Sequence record: NZ_CP069608.1
Source: a plasmid
DNA length: 64,000 bases
Reading direction: 5' to 3' (one strand)
The notes under the pieces are model-generated. The model was given only the letters and a program-made list of their open reading frames with translations, searched no databases and was not told where the DNA came from. Below are positions 9,820 through 17,604 of the stretch, piece after piece. The translations under genes and the position numbers were made by a program. The first letter of the stretch is position 1. The number at the start of each line of letters is the position of its first letter.

Positions 9820-11015
9820 TATTCATACCCTCTTTCCGTTGTATGTTTATGTTCGATTTCTTTTTGTAATCGTTCATAGTGCTGTTGGTTTTTCCAACTT
9901 TCATATTCACTTTTAAAAGCTCGTTCCATTCTTTTTAAGGATGCATGCATCGACACATGCTGCTGAAATCCTTTGGGACGTTTGGATGTTTTCCCATGCT
10001 CGATAAGACGTTGAGCACGCTGTTGCTTTTCATCATAAGTCTTCATTTCTTGTAAAAAAGCATTGCCCATTCGCTGATATAACTCATCGATTTTATTCTG
10101 CTTATAATCTTTATATCGTTTTTGATCATTTGTTCCTTCCCCATAAGCTTTCTTTAATTCTTTGACCTCTTCATCTAGTTTTTTAAGTAGCTGTTGGTAC
10201 TCTTTTTGATGATGTTTTTCAATATAGTGTTGACTTAACATATTGATTAAAGGTTTAAGAGGCTTTATGGTTTGATATCCATAGTGCCATTGTCTTTTAT
10301 CAACCGGTAGATGATTATAAATTTGTAGAAACAAAGGTTTCATGTGACGGTTTTTCCATGTCATCGAGGAATCTTGTTTCTTTCTATCTACAATGCGCGC
10401 ACGGATTAACTCATTAATTTCTTTTTGATAATCGCCTCTCTCTATGATTTGATTCACTACTTTAGACTTCATTGCATCTAATGTTTGAGGTTTTCGTTTT
10501 CCTCGTTTGCGTGTAGGATCTGGCTCTACGGTAGCAACATGAATATGGATGTTTTGGGTATTATAATGAATAGCAGCCGACCAAACAGCCGACTGATCTA
10601 ACTTTTCCCTTTTAAGCATTTCCTCCATTGATTGACGAGTCACATGCATTAACTTTTGTTCATTAACTGTATGAGTACGTGCATCATATAGCCCATTTTC
10701 TTCGAGCCACGCATTATGGAAGGTGATAACATCTTGCCACATGATACTCTGATTTTTTTGTGCGGTTTCAAACAGTATTTTTAATTGTTGCTTCTCTTCT
10801 TTGTTTAACTGATCAGCGTGTTTTGTAAATAACGCTGAGGTCTTTTCAGGGTTATCCATGTAATCATGATAATGTGAAAAATGTAGCTCAGGACTCTCTT
10901 CTTTTTGGGCTTCTTCACGATCGACATACTCTACATAATCTTGAAAGGCTTTTTGATTGGCTGTAATGAATTTTGTTTTCAGTACGACACCCGGTGTAAG
11001 AGAAGCTACACTCAT
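9819..11015 (-). CDS. Conjugative relaxase with a MOB-type histidine triad.
   Basis: HYNTQNIHIHVATVEP matches the HxH motif III of MOB relaxases. It sits beside the oriT-like repeats and the T4SS operon. Confidence 0.65.
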   Translation of the reverse strand: MSVASLTPGVVLKTKFITANQKAFQDYVEYVDREEAQKEESPELHFSHYHDYMDNPEKTSALFTKHADQLNKEEKQQLKILFETAQKNQSIMWQDVITFHNAWLEENGLYDARTHTVNEQKLMHVTRQSMEEMLKREKLDQSAVWSAAIHYNTQNIHIHVATVEPDPTRKRGKRKPQTLDAMKSKVVNQIIERGDYQKEINELIRARIVDRKKQDSSMTWKNRHMKPLFLQIYNHLPVDKRQWHYGYQTIKPLKPLINMLSQHYIEKHHQKEYQQLLKKLDEEVKELKKAYGEGTNDQKRYKDYKQNKIDELYQRMGNAFLQEMKTYDEKQQRAQRLIEHGKTSKRPKGFQQHVSMHASLKRMERAFKSEYESWKNQQHYERLQKEIEHKHTTERGYE

Positions 11016-11389
11016 TGGTTATACCTTTCTAAAATAGCTGCCACCAATTCTCCTCGTTTGGCAGCTTGTTTTTCTTCTACTTCTTGAAAGATTTCCATTA
11101 TCGATCGCTTCATACTTTCTTCCATGCAAAACCATTCATTTCGTAGAAAGAGGCGCTCCGTTTCCATGAGTTGATTTATTTTTTCAGCGATGGCTCCTAC
11201 CATTTCCTCGACAGATGGAACAGGTACAATCTGACTTGGTGTTTCTTGTTTTTCTTCTTTTAGTGTTTGATGCTCTAAACAGATACGAGCAATCGCATCT
11301 CCAGGAAAACGAAATTGTTGTTCTTTCATATATTTTTGAAGGTATTCGTCTGTTTTTATATCGAAAGAAACCATTCTTCTTTGTTTCAT
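11012..11389 (-). CDS. Relaxosome accessory protein, paralogue of ORF 9379-9819.
   Basis: Conserved N-terminal 40 aa shared with ORF 9379-9819. Overlaps the relaxase start. Confidence 0.4.
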   Translation of the reverse strand: MKQRRMVSFDIKTDEYLQKYMKEQQFRFPGDAIARICLEHQTLKEEKQETPSQIVPVPSVEEMVGAIAEKINQLMETERLFLRNEWFCMEESMKRSIMEIFQEVEEKQAAKRGELVAAILERYNQ

Positions 11390-11646
11390 TACTCTTCATC
11401 TCCCTCCATTAATTCGGTGATAAATTGATTCATCGTTTCCATGACTTCTGTACATTTTTCTACAGTTTGAATATTGAAATGGACCAGATTCTCTAACTCC
11501 TTTTCTCGGTCTGTTTGTGCTTGAAATAACGTAAGTGTTTCAAGCTGACCTTTTAAAAATTCTTGACGAGACAACTTCTTTTTCTTGGCCAATTCATCTA
11601 TCTTTTTAACGGCAATTGGATCTACATTTCGTATTTTAATCTCCAT
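11389..11646 (-). CDS. Ribbon-helix-helix (CopG-like) DNA-binding protein, first gene of the mob operon.
   Basis: MEIKIRNVDPIAVKKIDELAKKKKLSRQEFL is an RHH-like N-terminus. Confidence 0.4.
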   Translation of the reverse strand: MEIKIRNVDPIAVKKIDELAKKKKLSRQEFLKGQLETLTLFQAQTDREKELENLVHFNIQTVEKCTEVMETMNQFITELMEGDEE

Positions 11647-11893
11647 TTTATCTTCCCTCTCTTTTTTAGTAGTGCTCTCCCCTCAAAAAAAGAGAAGAGC
11701 ATAAGGGGTTTTTGCCCCCACAGACTGTGTGGGGCTAGGCAAAGCCTAGCAAAACCATGGGGTCAAGAAAACCGTCTTCCTGTGAACCTACTGTGAACCT
11801 GAAACCACTTATGTGAACCTGCTGTGAACCTCAAAAAATACAAAAATTGGATAAAAAACCAAGCATGTGAACCTACTGTTAACATGCCTTTTT
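11647..11893 (-). promoter_or_regulatory. Candidate oriT and promoter region: two hairpins followed by five direct repeats of TGTGAACCT.
   Basis: GCCCCCACAGACTGTGTGGGGC (11713-11735), CTAGGCAAAGCCTAG (11736-11750), and TGTGAACCT at 11782, 11793, 11813, 11824 and 11867. Confidence 0.5.
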
Positions 11894-12790
11894 TCACTTC
11901 ATGACCAAATCCTGTTCTTTTTCGTTCAACATTTTCAGCTTTTCTTGCAAACTTTTTTGTTCCGTTTTATAGAGTTCGATGGTTTCATCACTCGACTGTA
12001 TACGATCTTTTTTCATGGCGATTTTCGATTCGGTATCTGCTTTTTCTTCATCTACTTGGTACTTCATATCACGTTGTAAATCATTCATTTCCTGTTGCGT
12101 TTGACGTTTTTGTTTCGCTTCCAGAGCGATCGCTTTTTCATAGTTTTGCATCTTCTTTTTGACGATTTTTTTCTCCAATGCATTTACTAAAAGGGAATAG
12201 TCTTGCTTCTGTTGAAGGCTCTTTCCTTTCCCTTTTTTTGTCTTTGTCTGATCGGAATAAAGGGTCGTAAGGAATGATTGACTGTCTTCTTTTTCAGCTG
12301 AATCTGTTGAATAGTGGCTCGTCATATCCTCCACGTTCACCGTTTCATTTTCTTCCTCTTCTTGATACAAATCAAAGGCAAGTGCTTCCCAGTGAGGTGA
12401 TAAATTATTTACCCTTACTACGTAATATCCTTCATCTTCATAGATGACTTTCACAGGTAATTTCACGTTTGGGTTTGCTTTTTCCATCGCAGAAAAGGAG
12501 AGGTTTTCGTCCTCTCCTTGATCGATTTTCACCACCATATCCAATGCATGGGCTGTTGGATAATACACACGTTCTTCAAGCGTAATGTTTCCAGTTCCTG
12601 CCGTTGAAATCGGCTCAAACGTTTTCGTATGATAGAGCCTGTCGTCCGTATGAATATAAAATTTTGACGTTAAGAGAGACAAAAAACCAAGAAAGAAAAA
12701 GGCTAAAATGGCTGTGTATTTCCATGACTGTTTTCTCCGTAAATTAAATCGATAATCATCTAGTTTCTTTTTAATTGTCAATGTGTTCAC
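11894..12790 (-). CDS. Conjugation-associated membrane protein: N-terminal TM then a coiled-coil Lys/Glu-rich tail.
   Basis: TM segment YTAILAFFFLGFLSLL. Last gene of the T4SS operon. Confidence 0.4.
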   Translation of the reverse strand: MNTLTIKKKLDDYRFNLRRKQSWKYTAILAFFFLGFLSLLTSKFYIHTDDRLYHTKTFEPISTAGTGNITLEERVYYPTAHALDMVVKIDQGEDENLSFSAMEKANPNVKLPVKVIYEDEGYYVVRVNNLSPHWEALAFDLYQEEEENETVNVEDMTSHYSTDSAEKEDSQSFLTTLYSDQTKTKKGKGKSLQQKQDYSLLVNALEKKIVKKKMQNYEKAIALEAKQKRQTQQEMNDLQRDMKYQVDEEKADTESKIAMKKDRIQSSDETIELYKTEQKSLQEKLKMLNEKEQDLVMK

Positions 12791-12791
12791 C

Positions 12792-13376
12792 TCATTTCAA
12801 GATCTCTGTTTTTAATTCTTCGACACTATAAACGATCCACTTCTTTTCTTCCTTTCGCAATAAAACCTGAATGATGTCATGCGTTTGATCGTCTACATTT
12901 TCCTCTTTGATAACCAGATGATTGGTAAACTCTGCGATCACTTTCACCTCATCTTGTCCCCCATCAAACTGTTGAACATAAAGATGAAGGTCACTTGGGT
13001 TAGAGCTATACGTATTGCCATAATCAAAGGTTTCTGTTGGATAAAATTGCGCATAAAGTTCTTTGTCCATAATCGCTTTTGCAATCTTTTTTCGTTCCTC
13101 AAATCCTTCTTTTTCACGATGGTAGGACACATCAATAAACTGTCTGACGGTATCTAGGTACGCTCGCTTTTGTTGTTCTTGCGCAGAAGGAAGCACCTCA
13201 TTCAATTGCTTTTTCAATTCATTATTTTCCTGTTTTAATGTGTCATTAGTGACTTGAAGTTGTTTCGAAGCTGTCGCTTGAGAGATATTCTGATTGAGGT
13301 AGATATTCCAAATGGTCACGCCTGCAAGCGCAACGGCAAGCGCTCCAAATAATATGACACCAGCTTTGTTTTTCAT
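12792..13376 (-). CDS. Conjugation-associated membrane-anchored protein.
   Basis: N-terminal TM (AGVILFGALAVALAGVTIW). Sits downstream of the cell-wall hydrolase, as in ICEBs1/Tn916-type operons. Confidence 0.4.
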   Translation of the reverse strand: MKNKAGVILFGALAVALAGVTIWNIYLNQNISQATASKQLQVTNDTLKQENNELKKQLNEVLPSAQEQQKRAYLDTVRQFIDVSYHREKEGFEERKKIAKAIMDKELYAQFYPTETFDYGNTYSSNPSDLHLYVQQFDGGQDEVKVIAEFTNHLVIKEENVDDQTHDIIQVLLRKEEKKWIVYSVEELKTEILK

Positions 13377-13389
13377 CCTACATTCTCCT

Positions 13390-14505
13390 TTAAAATCGTT
13401 TTACGCGACCGTTAAATTTGTCACCAAAGTAGGTGCCTTTCTCCATACTCGCAACAGCCACACCCGTTTTTCCTTGGCAACCTAAGAACTTATTGTCACC
13501 CACGTAAATACCCACGTGGCCGTCTTTTTTATACGTATCAAAGAACACCACATCACCAGGCTTCATGTCTTTTGGATTGATCGCTTGCCCTTGTGTTTTA
13601 AGGGTATCGGTTGTCACACCGGACAATGGACCGACATTCACTCCTACCTGTTCAAACGCCCAACGCACAAAACTTGAACAATCAAACCTTCCTGCGTTAA
13701 TATCAGATTGAGAGCGTCCCCCACCGAATACGTAACGTGTTTTTCCTATGAGGGTTTCTCCTGCTTCAATGACTTTTACACCGGATTTACTTCCACTTCC
13801 ACCACCTGAAGGGGTCATAGGCTTTCCATCAGCTGCAATCGTTCCTGTGTAATATTTCAACACGGCATCTACATATTTTGCGTCGCCATAACATGCCCCG
13901 TAGGGTATCATTTCAGGACGTACACAGTGATAATTTCCGGTATGTTTAACTCGTTGATATTGCATTTGCGAAAAGGAAATCGCTAACTCTGGGGTGTACT
14001 TTCCTCCATTTTTCATCACATAATTGATAAATCCACCGCCAAAATTATAACTCTGTAGACATAATTTCAAATCATAATTCGCTTTTTCTAGTACACTTTT
14101 GAAGTGTAAAACCCCTTTATCAATCGATAATTCCGGGCTCTTAATACAGCCAACCTTACCGTCACAATAGGACTCTGAGCTTTGCATCGGATCGCTTCCG
14201 CGTCCGCCACTTTCTTGCATCATGAGAGCCATCATAATTGGCACATACGAAGTATCTAACCCGTGCTTTTGAGCGTACTTTTCAAGCAAAGGTTGATATC
14301 TCATGACCTCTGATGAGACATTCGCTGTTCCTGCCCCAATGCCTCCACCTTCAATTTCTGTTACTTCTCCTTGTTCATTCTGGCTTTCAAATCCGCCTGT
14401 TATGGCGACAAAGGTTCCCATGAGTAAGAGGCCCGATAATCCTAACAGGATCAACGCGCCCCCAATCAAATATTTTTTAGGAATGAGATGCAAAACGACA
14501 TGCAA
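13390..14505 (-). CDS. cwlT: Bifunctional cell-wall hydrolase (lytic transglycosylase/muramidase plus NlpC/P60 peptidase), CwlT-like.
   Basis: MMQESGGRGSDPMQSSE lysozyme-like motif and a C-terminal NlpC/P60 domain (CSSFVRWAF...DGHVGIYVG). Confidence 0.75.
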   Translation of the reverse strand: MHVVLHLIPKKYLIGGALILLGLSGLLLMGTFVAITGGFESQNEQGEVTEIEGGGIGAGTANVSSEVMRYQPLLEKYAQKHGLDTSYVPIMMALMMQESGGRGSDPMQSSESYCDGKVGCIKSPELSIDKGVLHFKSVLEKANYDLKLCLQSYNFGGGFINYVMKNGGKYTPELAISFSQMQYQRVKHTGNYHCVRPEMIPYGACYGDAKYVDAVLKYYTGTIAADGKPMTPSGGGSGSKSGVKVIEAGETLIGKTRYVFGGGRSQSDINAGRFDCSSFVRWAFEQVGVNVGPLSGVTTDTLKTQGQAINPKDMKPGDVVFFDTYKKDGHVGIYVGDNKFLGCQGKTGVAVASMEKGTYFGDKFNGRVKRF

Positions 14506-14508
14506 GAC

Positions 14509-16443
14509 TTACGCACCTCCTCCGTATAGAGCTTTCTCTTCTTCATCCACTTCGATATGGAAAGGAATGTTTTTTACGGCATCAATAGATAAGATCACGT
14601 CCCCTGTGGCAAGCTTTGGGATCTCCTCAAGTTCACTGGATGTGATCCCCGTTCCAAAAACGCGTTGAATCGTTTCAATGCTGTTTCGGTCTTGCTGCAT
14701 GATAAATTTATACTGCGTAAATTCAAATAGTTTTTTGATTTCCTCGACGGCTGTTTGATCCGAACCCTCTGGCACAAAGTCACGGATTGAGTGACTCGCA
14801 AAGATTAATCCGCCAAAGTACTTTCGGGCTTCTCGGCTGAATTTTCCTAGAAACTGTAGGGCATGTTCATTCCCTTTCCGCGTGTTAATAATATGATGCG
14901 CCTCGTCAATGACGATGAGATAACGAATGGCATCTTCAAAGGGAAGTTCGCCACGCCCGTAAGCTTCCATTTGAGGAGCTCCTTTTTGAAGCATGTTATC
15001 CCACAACATGTTCATTACATTAAACAGCTGTGCTTGAAAGATTTCACTTTTCAAACTAGATAAGTGTCGAAGCGAAAAGAAGACAATTTGTTCTTCCGCA
15101 AAATTATCAATCGTTGAAATACCATCAAACAATTGAGCATAGGTTTCAACTAAGTTTGTGATGTGTAGCTCCATTAGTTCTAATCGCTCTTTACGCCCTT
15201 CACCTAGATGCGGATGGTGAATTTTCCGTTCACGATCCGCATAGAGTTCTTGACGAATATACGCTAAAAAATCACTGAACGTCGGATATTCTTCGGGACT
15301 AAGACTTGTAATGGTGTTATCATCGCCTTTTTCTTCATCCCATAATTCCCTTTTAATATAAAACTTTCGCAGAAGGTTTTCATATTCTTTAAGTTCAGCG
15401 TCTGTTGCTTCGGGCGCAATAAAACGGTAGAAAATGGTCAGTTTAGACAAGTGATGCGTAAAACTTAGCGTCTCTTTTTCATCCGTTTTATAGACTTGTA
15501 GGGGGTTAATTTGCCCTTCCGATCCATCAAGGGAAACTTGCTTTCCTCCCAGTTGCTGCACAAGATCTTTAAACTCCCCAACGATGTCTAGTCCACGGAT
15601 CTTATAGCCTTTGATCGCGTTATCCATCGTGACTTTTTTGAGGAAGGTCGATTTCCCAGCCCCCATGCGCCCAATCATGACCGCATTGTAACTTTTTCGT
15701 TGTTCATCTTTATGAAACAAATCAAAAATGACGCTGCCGCCTGTGCCAGTTGTGCCTTGATAGGTCCCGTAAGGATCATCTAGCTTCATAAAATGAAAAG
15801 GAAACCCTCCGGCTAACGCAAGTGCGGGGATTTCCTTTCCTTTTCGTCTATTGGGGTATTTCTTTTGAATATGAAAAGGCGTGACCATCGACTCCCATTC
15901 ATACTCTTGTTCATTTAAGAAAATGGATCCTCGGAAGTTATGGGTTTCAAGGTGATGAATGACTTCTTTCACGTGTTGTTCCAAGTCAGGAATCGTTTTA
16001 GCTGCAAGGTAAATACGAAGATGAACACGTTTAATGACTTCGCCATTCACCACATGCCGGTACAAGTCTTTCATGTCTAAATATTGTTCCTGGGCATCCA
16101 TTCGATCAATGTTTTCTTTGGCATTAATATGACGAGCGTTTTGTTCACTCATGTTTTTACTAATGGCTGCCACGACTTCTTTACGGTTGTCACTGATCAC
16201 ATCAAGTGTCGTAATCGCATTCGGCATATTCATAATCGGGGCTAACCAGAAGTTATTCACGTTGGTTGGGTAGCCGTATACATGAACGCATGTGGTATAA
16301 CCGTCACCATTGCGCGTCACATTTTCTTTGAAGCTCACGCCTCCTTGCGGCTGAATTTGAGCAATTAAGCGTGGGTTGTATCCTTTCTTTTGTTTTTCTT
16401 GTTCAGGCGTTTTCTCTTTTTTACGAAATGGAATAGACATCAT
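14509..16443 (-). CDS. virB4: VirB4-family conjugation ATPase (ATPase portion).
   Basis: Walker A MIGRMGAGKSTFLKK and Walker B LIVIDEAHHI. 644 aa. Confidence 0.8.
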   Translation of the reverse strand: MMSIPFRKKEKTPEQEKQKKGYNPRLIAQIQPQGGVSFKENVTRNGDGYTTCVHVYGYPTNVNNFWLAPIMNMPNAITTLDVISDNRKEVVAAISKNMSEQNARHINAKENIDRMDAQEQYLDMKDLYRHVVNGEVIKRVHLRIYLAAKTIPDLEQHVKEVIHHLETHNFRGSIFLNEQEYEWESMVTPFHIQKKYPNRRKGKEIPALALAGGFPFHFMKLDDPYGTYQGTTGTGGSVIFDLFHKDEQRKSYNAVMIGRMGAGKSTFLKKVTMDNAIKGYKIRGLDIVGEFKDLVQQLGGKQVSLDGSEGQINPLQVYKTDEKETLSFTHHLSKLTIFYRFIAPEATDAELKEYENLLRKFYIKRELWDEEKGDDNTITSLSPEEYPTFSDFLAYIRQELYADRERKIHHPHLGEGRKERLELMELHITNLVETYAQLFDGISTIDNFAEEQIVFFSLRHLSSLKSEIFQAQLFNVMNMLWDNMLQKGAPQMEAYGRGELPFEDAIRYLIVIDEAHHIINTRKGNEHALQFLGKFSREARKYFGGLIFASHSIRDFVPEGSDQTAVEEIKKLFEFTQYKFIMQQDRNSIETIQRVFGTGITSSELEEIPKLATGDVILSIDAVKNIPFHIEVDEEEKALYGGGA

Positions 16444-16614
16444 CTTGGTTTCATCCTCTCTTCTTGATTTTATCGTTTCTCTATGGGTTCATGAACAAGG
16501 TGAAAAGGATTCACGTTTCCCTTTTTGACCTCTATCACTAATTTCGTTCCTCCTACTTGCTGCAGCATATGAGTAAAGCTCTCTGTTTTTTTATTCATTA
16601 AGTATTCTCCTTCT

Positions 16615-17259
16615 CTATTGTTTATTGCCGAGCTTGGCATTTTGATTATAAAGTTTGTAAAGCAAATCAATTTTCTTTTCTTGTGATACGGTTGATAAAG
16701 GCAAAACGGATTGAACATCACGCATGAATTGAGCATGACGGGCGATGACATCCGTTTCCTTGTCACCATAGAGAAAGAGGAAGTATTCACGATTGGTGCG
16801 CCCCCACTCTAAGTATTGCAGTTCCTTTAATTTTTTCTGTAGGAACCGTAAGAATAAGGCATCCTCTGATTGTTGGATTTTCTTCTGTAAAAACTGTTGT
16901 TGTTTTTGAGTGGATACAGGTAAATTCAAGGACACCACTTTGAGCGACTTCTCATCCCCTTGATATCCTTTCGCTAGCATATAAATGTGACGATTCGCAT
17001 CTTCCTCATTTAATGAGTTTACATCGGTACTTTGAATTTGCCAGATATCAAAATAACCTCCTTCTTCTTTCAGTTCAAACAGGCCATTCTTGGTTTGATC
17101 GATAATGGGAATAATATCCGTTACACTCTTTTTAATTTCTGGCGGTTTTTCCTTTTTCTTTTTTATTTCTCCTTTTGACCCTTCACGACTAAAAGGAAAA
17201 AGCTTTTTTGAGGAACGTGCTGCTTGTTTTTGGATCTCCTTTTCATCAAATATCGCCAT
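16615..17259 (-). CDS. Possible detached N-terminal domain of VirB4, or a separate soluble T4SS component.
   Basis: 214-aa charged protein with no TM. FDIWQIQSTDVNSLNEED...LKVVSLNLPV resembles VirB4 N-domain patterns. 214 + 644 aa is close to the usual VirB4 length. Confidence 0.35.
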   Translation of the reverse strand: MAIFDEKEIQKQAARSSKKLFPFSREGSKGEIKKKKEKPPEIKKSVTDIIPIIDQTKNGLFELKEEGGYFDIWQIQSTDVNSLNEEDANRHIYMLAKGYQGDEKSLKVVSLNLPVSTQKQQQFLQKKIQQSEDALFLRFLQKKLKELQYLEWGRTNREYFLFLYGDKETDVIARHAQFMRDVQSVLPLSTVSQEKKIDLLYKLYNQNAKLGNKQ

Positions 17260-17273
17260 GTGGTAAGCCCCCT

Positions 17274-17564
17274 TTATTCATAATCCCGATCAATGGCGCA
17301 ATAGGTGCTTTTCTTGCGCACCATCGTGAGTAATAAGATTTCATACATCCGTTTTTGAGGATTGGTTAAGGGTCGAAGAATCATCACTAAACCAAATAGG
17401 CTCATAAACACGTAAAATGGAATATGGAGCATCGGATGAATAAAATAGCGTAGCATCATCGTAAAAAGCAATAAGCCGATGATGAACAGCAGATCAAACA
17501 AGTAAAGAGATTTATTAATCTTCAATTCCGTTGAAATTTCTTTTGGGATTGTATAGTTTGCCAT
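17274..17564 (-). CDS. Small integral membrane protein.
   Basis: Two hydrophobic helices within 96 aa. Confidence 0.4.
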   Translation of the reverse strand: MANYTIPKEISTELKINKSLYLFDLLFIIGLLLFTMMLRYFIHPMLHIPFYVFMSLFGLVMILRPLTNPQKRMYEILLLTMVRKKSTYCAIDRDYE

Positions 17565-17604
17565 CTAGGAATCTCCTTTCCATAAAAAAGAGAAGTAACG
17601 TCGG

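Noticed and set aside
9680-9910. 76-aa ORF overlapping the end of the relaxase and the start of the accessory gene.
   Set aside because: It lies in an alternative frame of two well-supported genes and has no ribosome-binding site.
11184-11399. 71-aa ORF overlapping the 125-aa accessory gene.
   Set aside because: Out-of-frame overlap inside a conserved paralogue. Low-complexity Arg/Cys-rich translation.
16470-16790. 106-aa ORF overlapping the end of the 214-aa gene.
   Set aside because: Only the last 42 codons are non-overlapping and have a ribosome-binding site. The longer form reads through another gene out of frame.
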